From the IMG/VR virus record IMGVR_UViG_3300042868_005520, positions 32,001 through 96,000 of that record: a stretch of 64,000 nucleotides of DNA. The stretch is one strand, 5' to 3'. This DNA comes from a virus. The notes below the pieces were generated by a model, which did not search any database, was not told the origin of the DNA, and saw only the letters and a program-made list of their open reading frames with translations. Below are positions 63,907 to 64,000 of the stretch, one piece after another (the first letter of the stretch is position 1; the number at the start of each line of letters is the position of its first letter). The position numbers and the translations under genes were made by a program.

Positions 63907-64000
63907 ATGAAGACACTACTCACAAGTTTGGCACTGGGAGCCTCAGTCACAGGAACCGCGTTTGCACAGGCTACACAGCCTGTAGCGGCTTCCCCAACGG
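63907..64000 (+). CDS. Secreted/periplasmic protein, 3'-truncated
   Basis: AAGGAG SD; MKTLLTSLALGASVTGTAFA-QATQP Sec signal peptide with AxA site. Confidence 0.65.
   Translation, partial: MKTLLTSLALGASVTGTAFAQATQPVAASPT

Noticed and set aside
1-64000. Stop-codon reassignment
   Set aside because: Core genes are intact in the standard code, TAA, TGA and TAG all end genes at sensible positions, and the tRNA anticodon reads UCU, not CUA.

Overview
This window is a 64-kb segment of a large T4-like (myovirus-type) dsDNA bacteriophage using the standard genetic code. Layout: (1) 1-14.5 kb, + strand: sugar and nucleotide metabolism, repair and the T4-type replisome (epimerase, GT2-TPR glycosyltransferase, dUTPase, UvsE, i-type lysozyme, AdoMetDC-like protein, HNH, DNA methyltransferase, GroES, gp43 polymerase, UvsX, gp41 helicase, gp61 primase, ThyX). 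(2) 14.5-26 kb, +: collagen-like and modular fibre genes. (3) 26-29.5 kb, +: class II RNR, a lipoprotein serine protease and a RuvC-like resolvase. (4) 29.5-53.8 kb, - strand: a holin and spanin-like pair, a large virion protein, then a long run of genes, many beginning with a motif resembling the T4 capsid-targeting sequence and built from modules separated by [ILVM]-x-E sites. (5) 54-64 kb, +: early-type region with the CobT/VWA-CobS AAA pair, small ORFs, tRNA-Arg(UCU), candidate small RNAs, a phosphoesterase and a dockerin-tagged protease. The best candidate for an undescribed system is the capsid-targeted, protease-processed cargo array (about 30-52.7 kb). It includes four tandem paralogues resembling the T4 Alt N-terminus/GNAT fold, an embedded HNH module, a ligase-fold plus nucleotidyltransferase pair, and an in-frame cassette insertion at a duplicated cleavage site. 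Other signals are the apparent absence of AGCT, ACGT, CCGG and GGCC in the stretches read by eye, leaderless early and late transcripts, dockerin-like tags suggesting a Planctomycetota host, and a possible plug-and-socket grammar in the fibre genes. All family assignments come from motif recognition by eye; no database searches were run.
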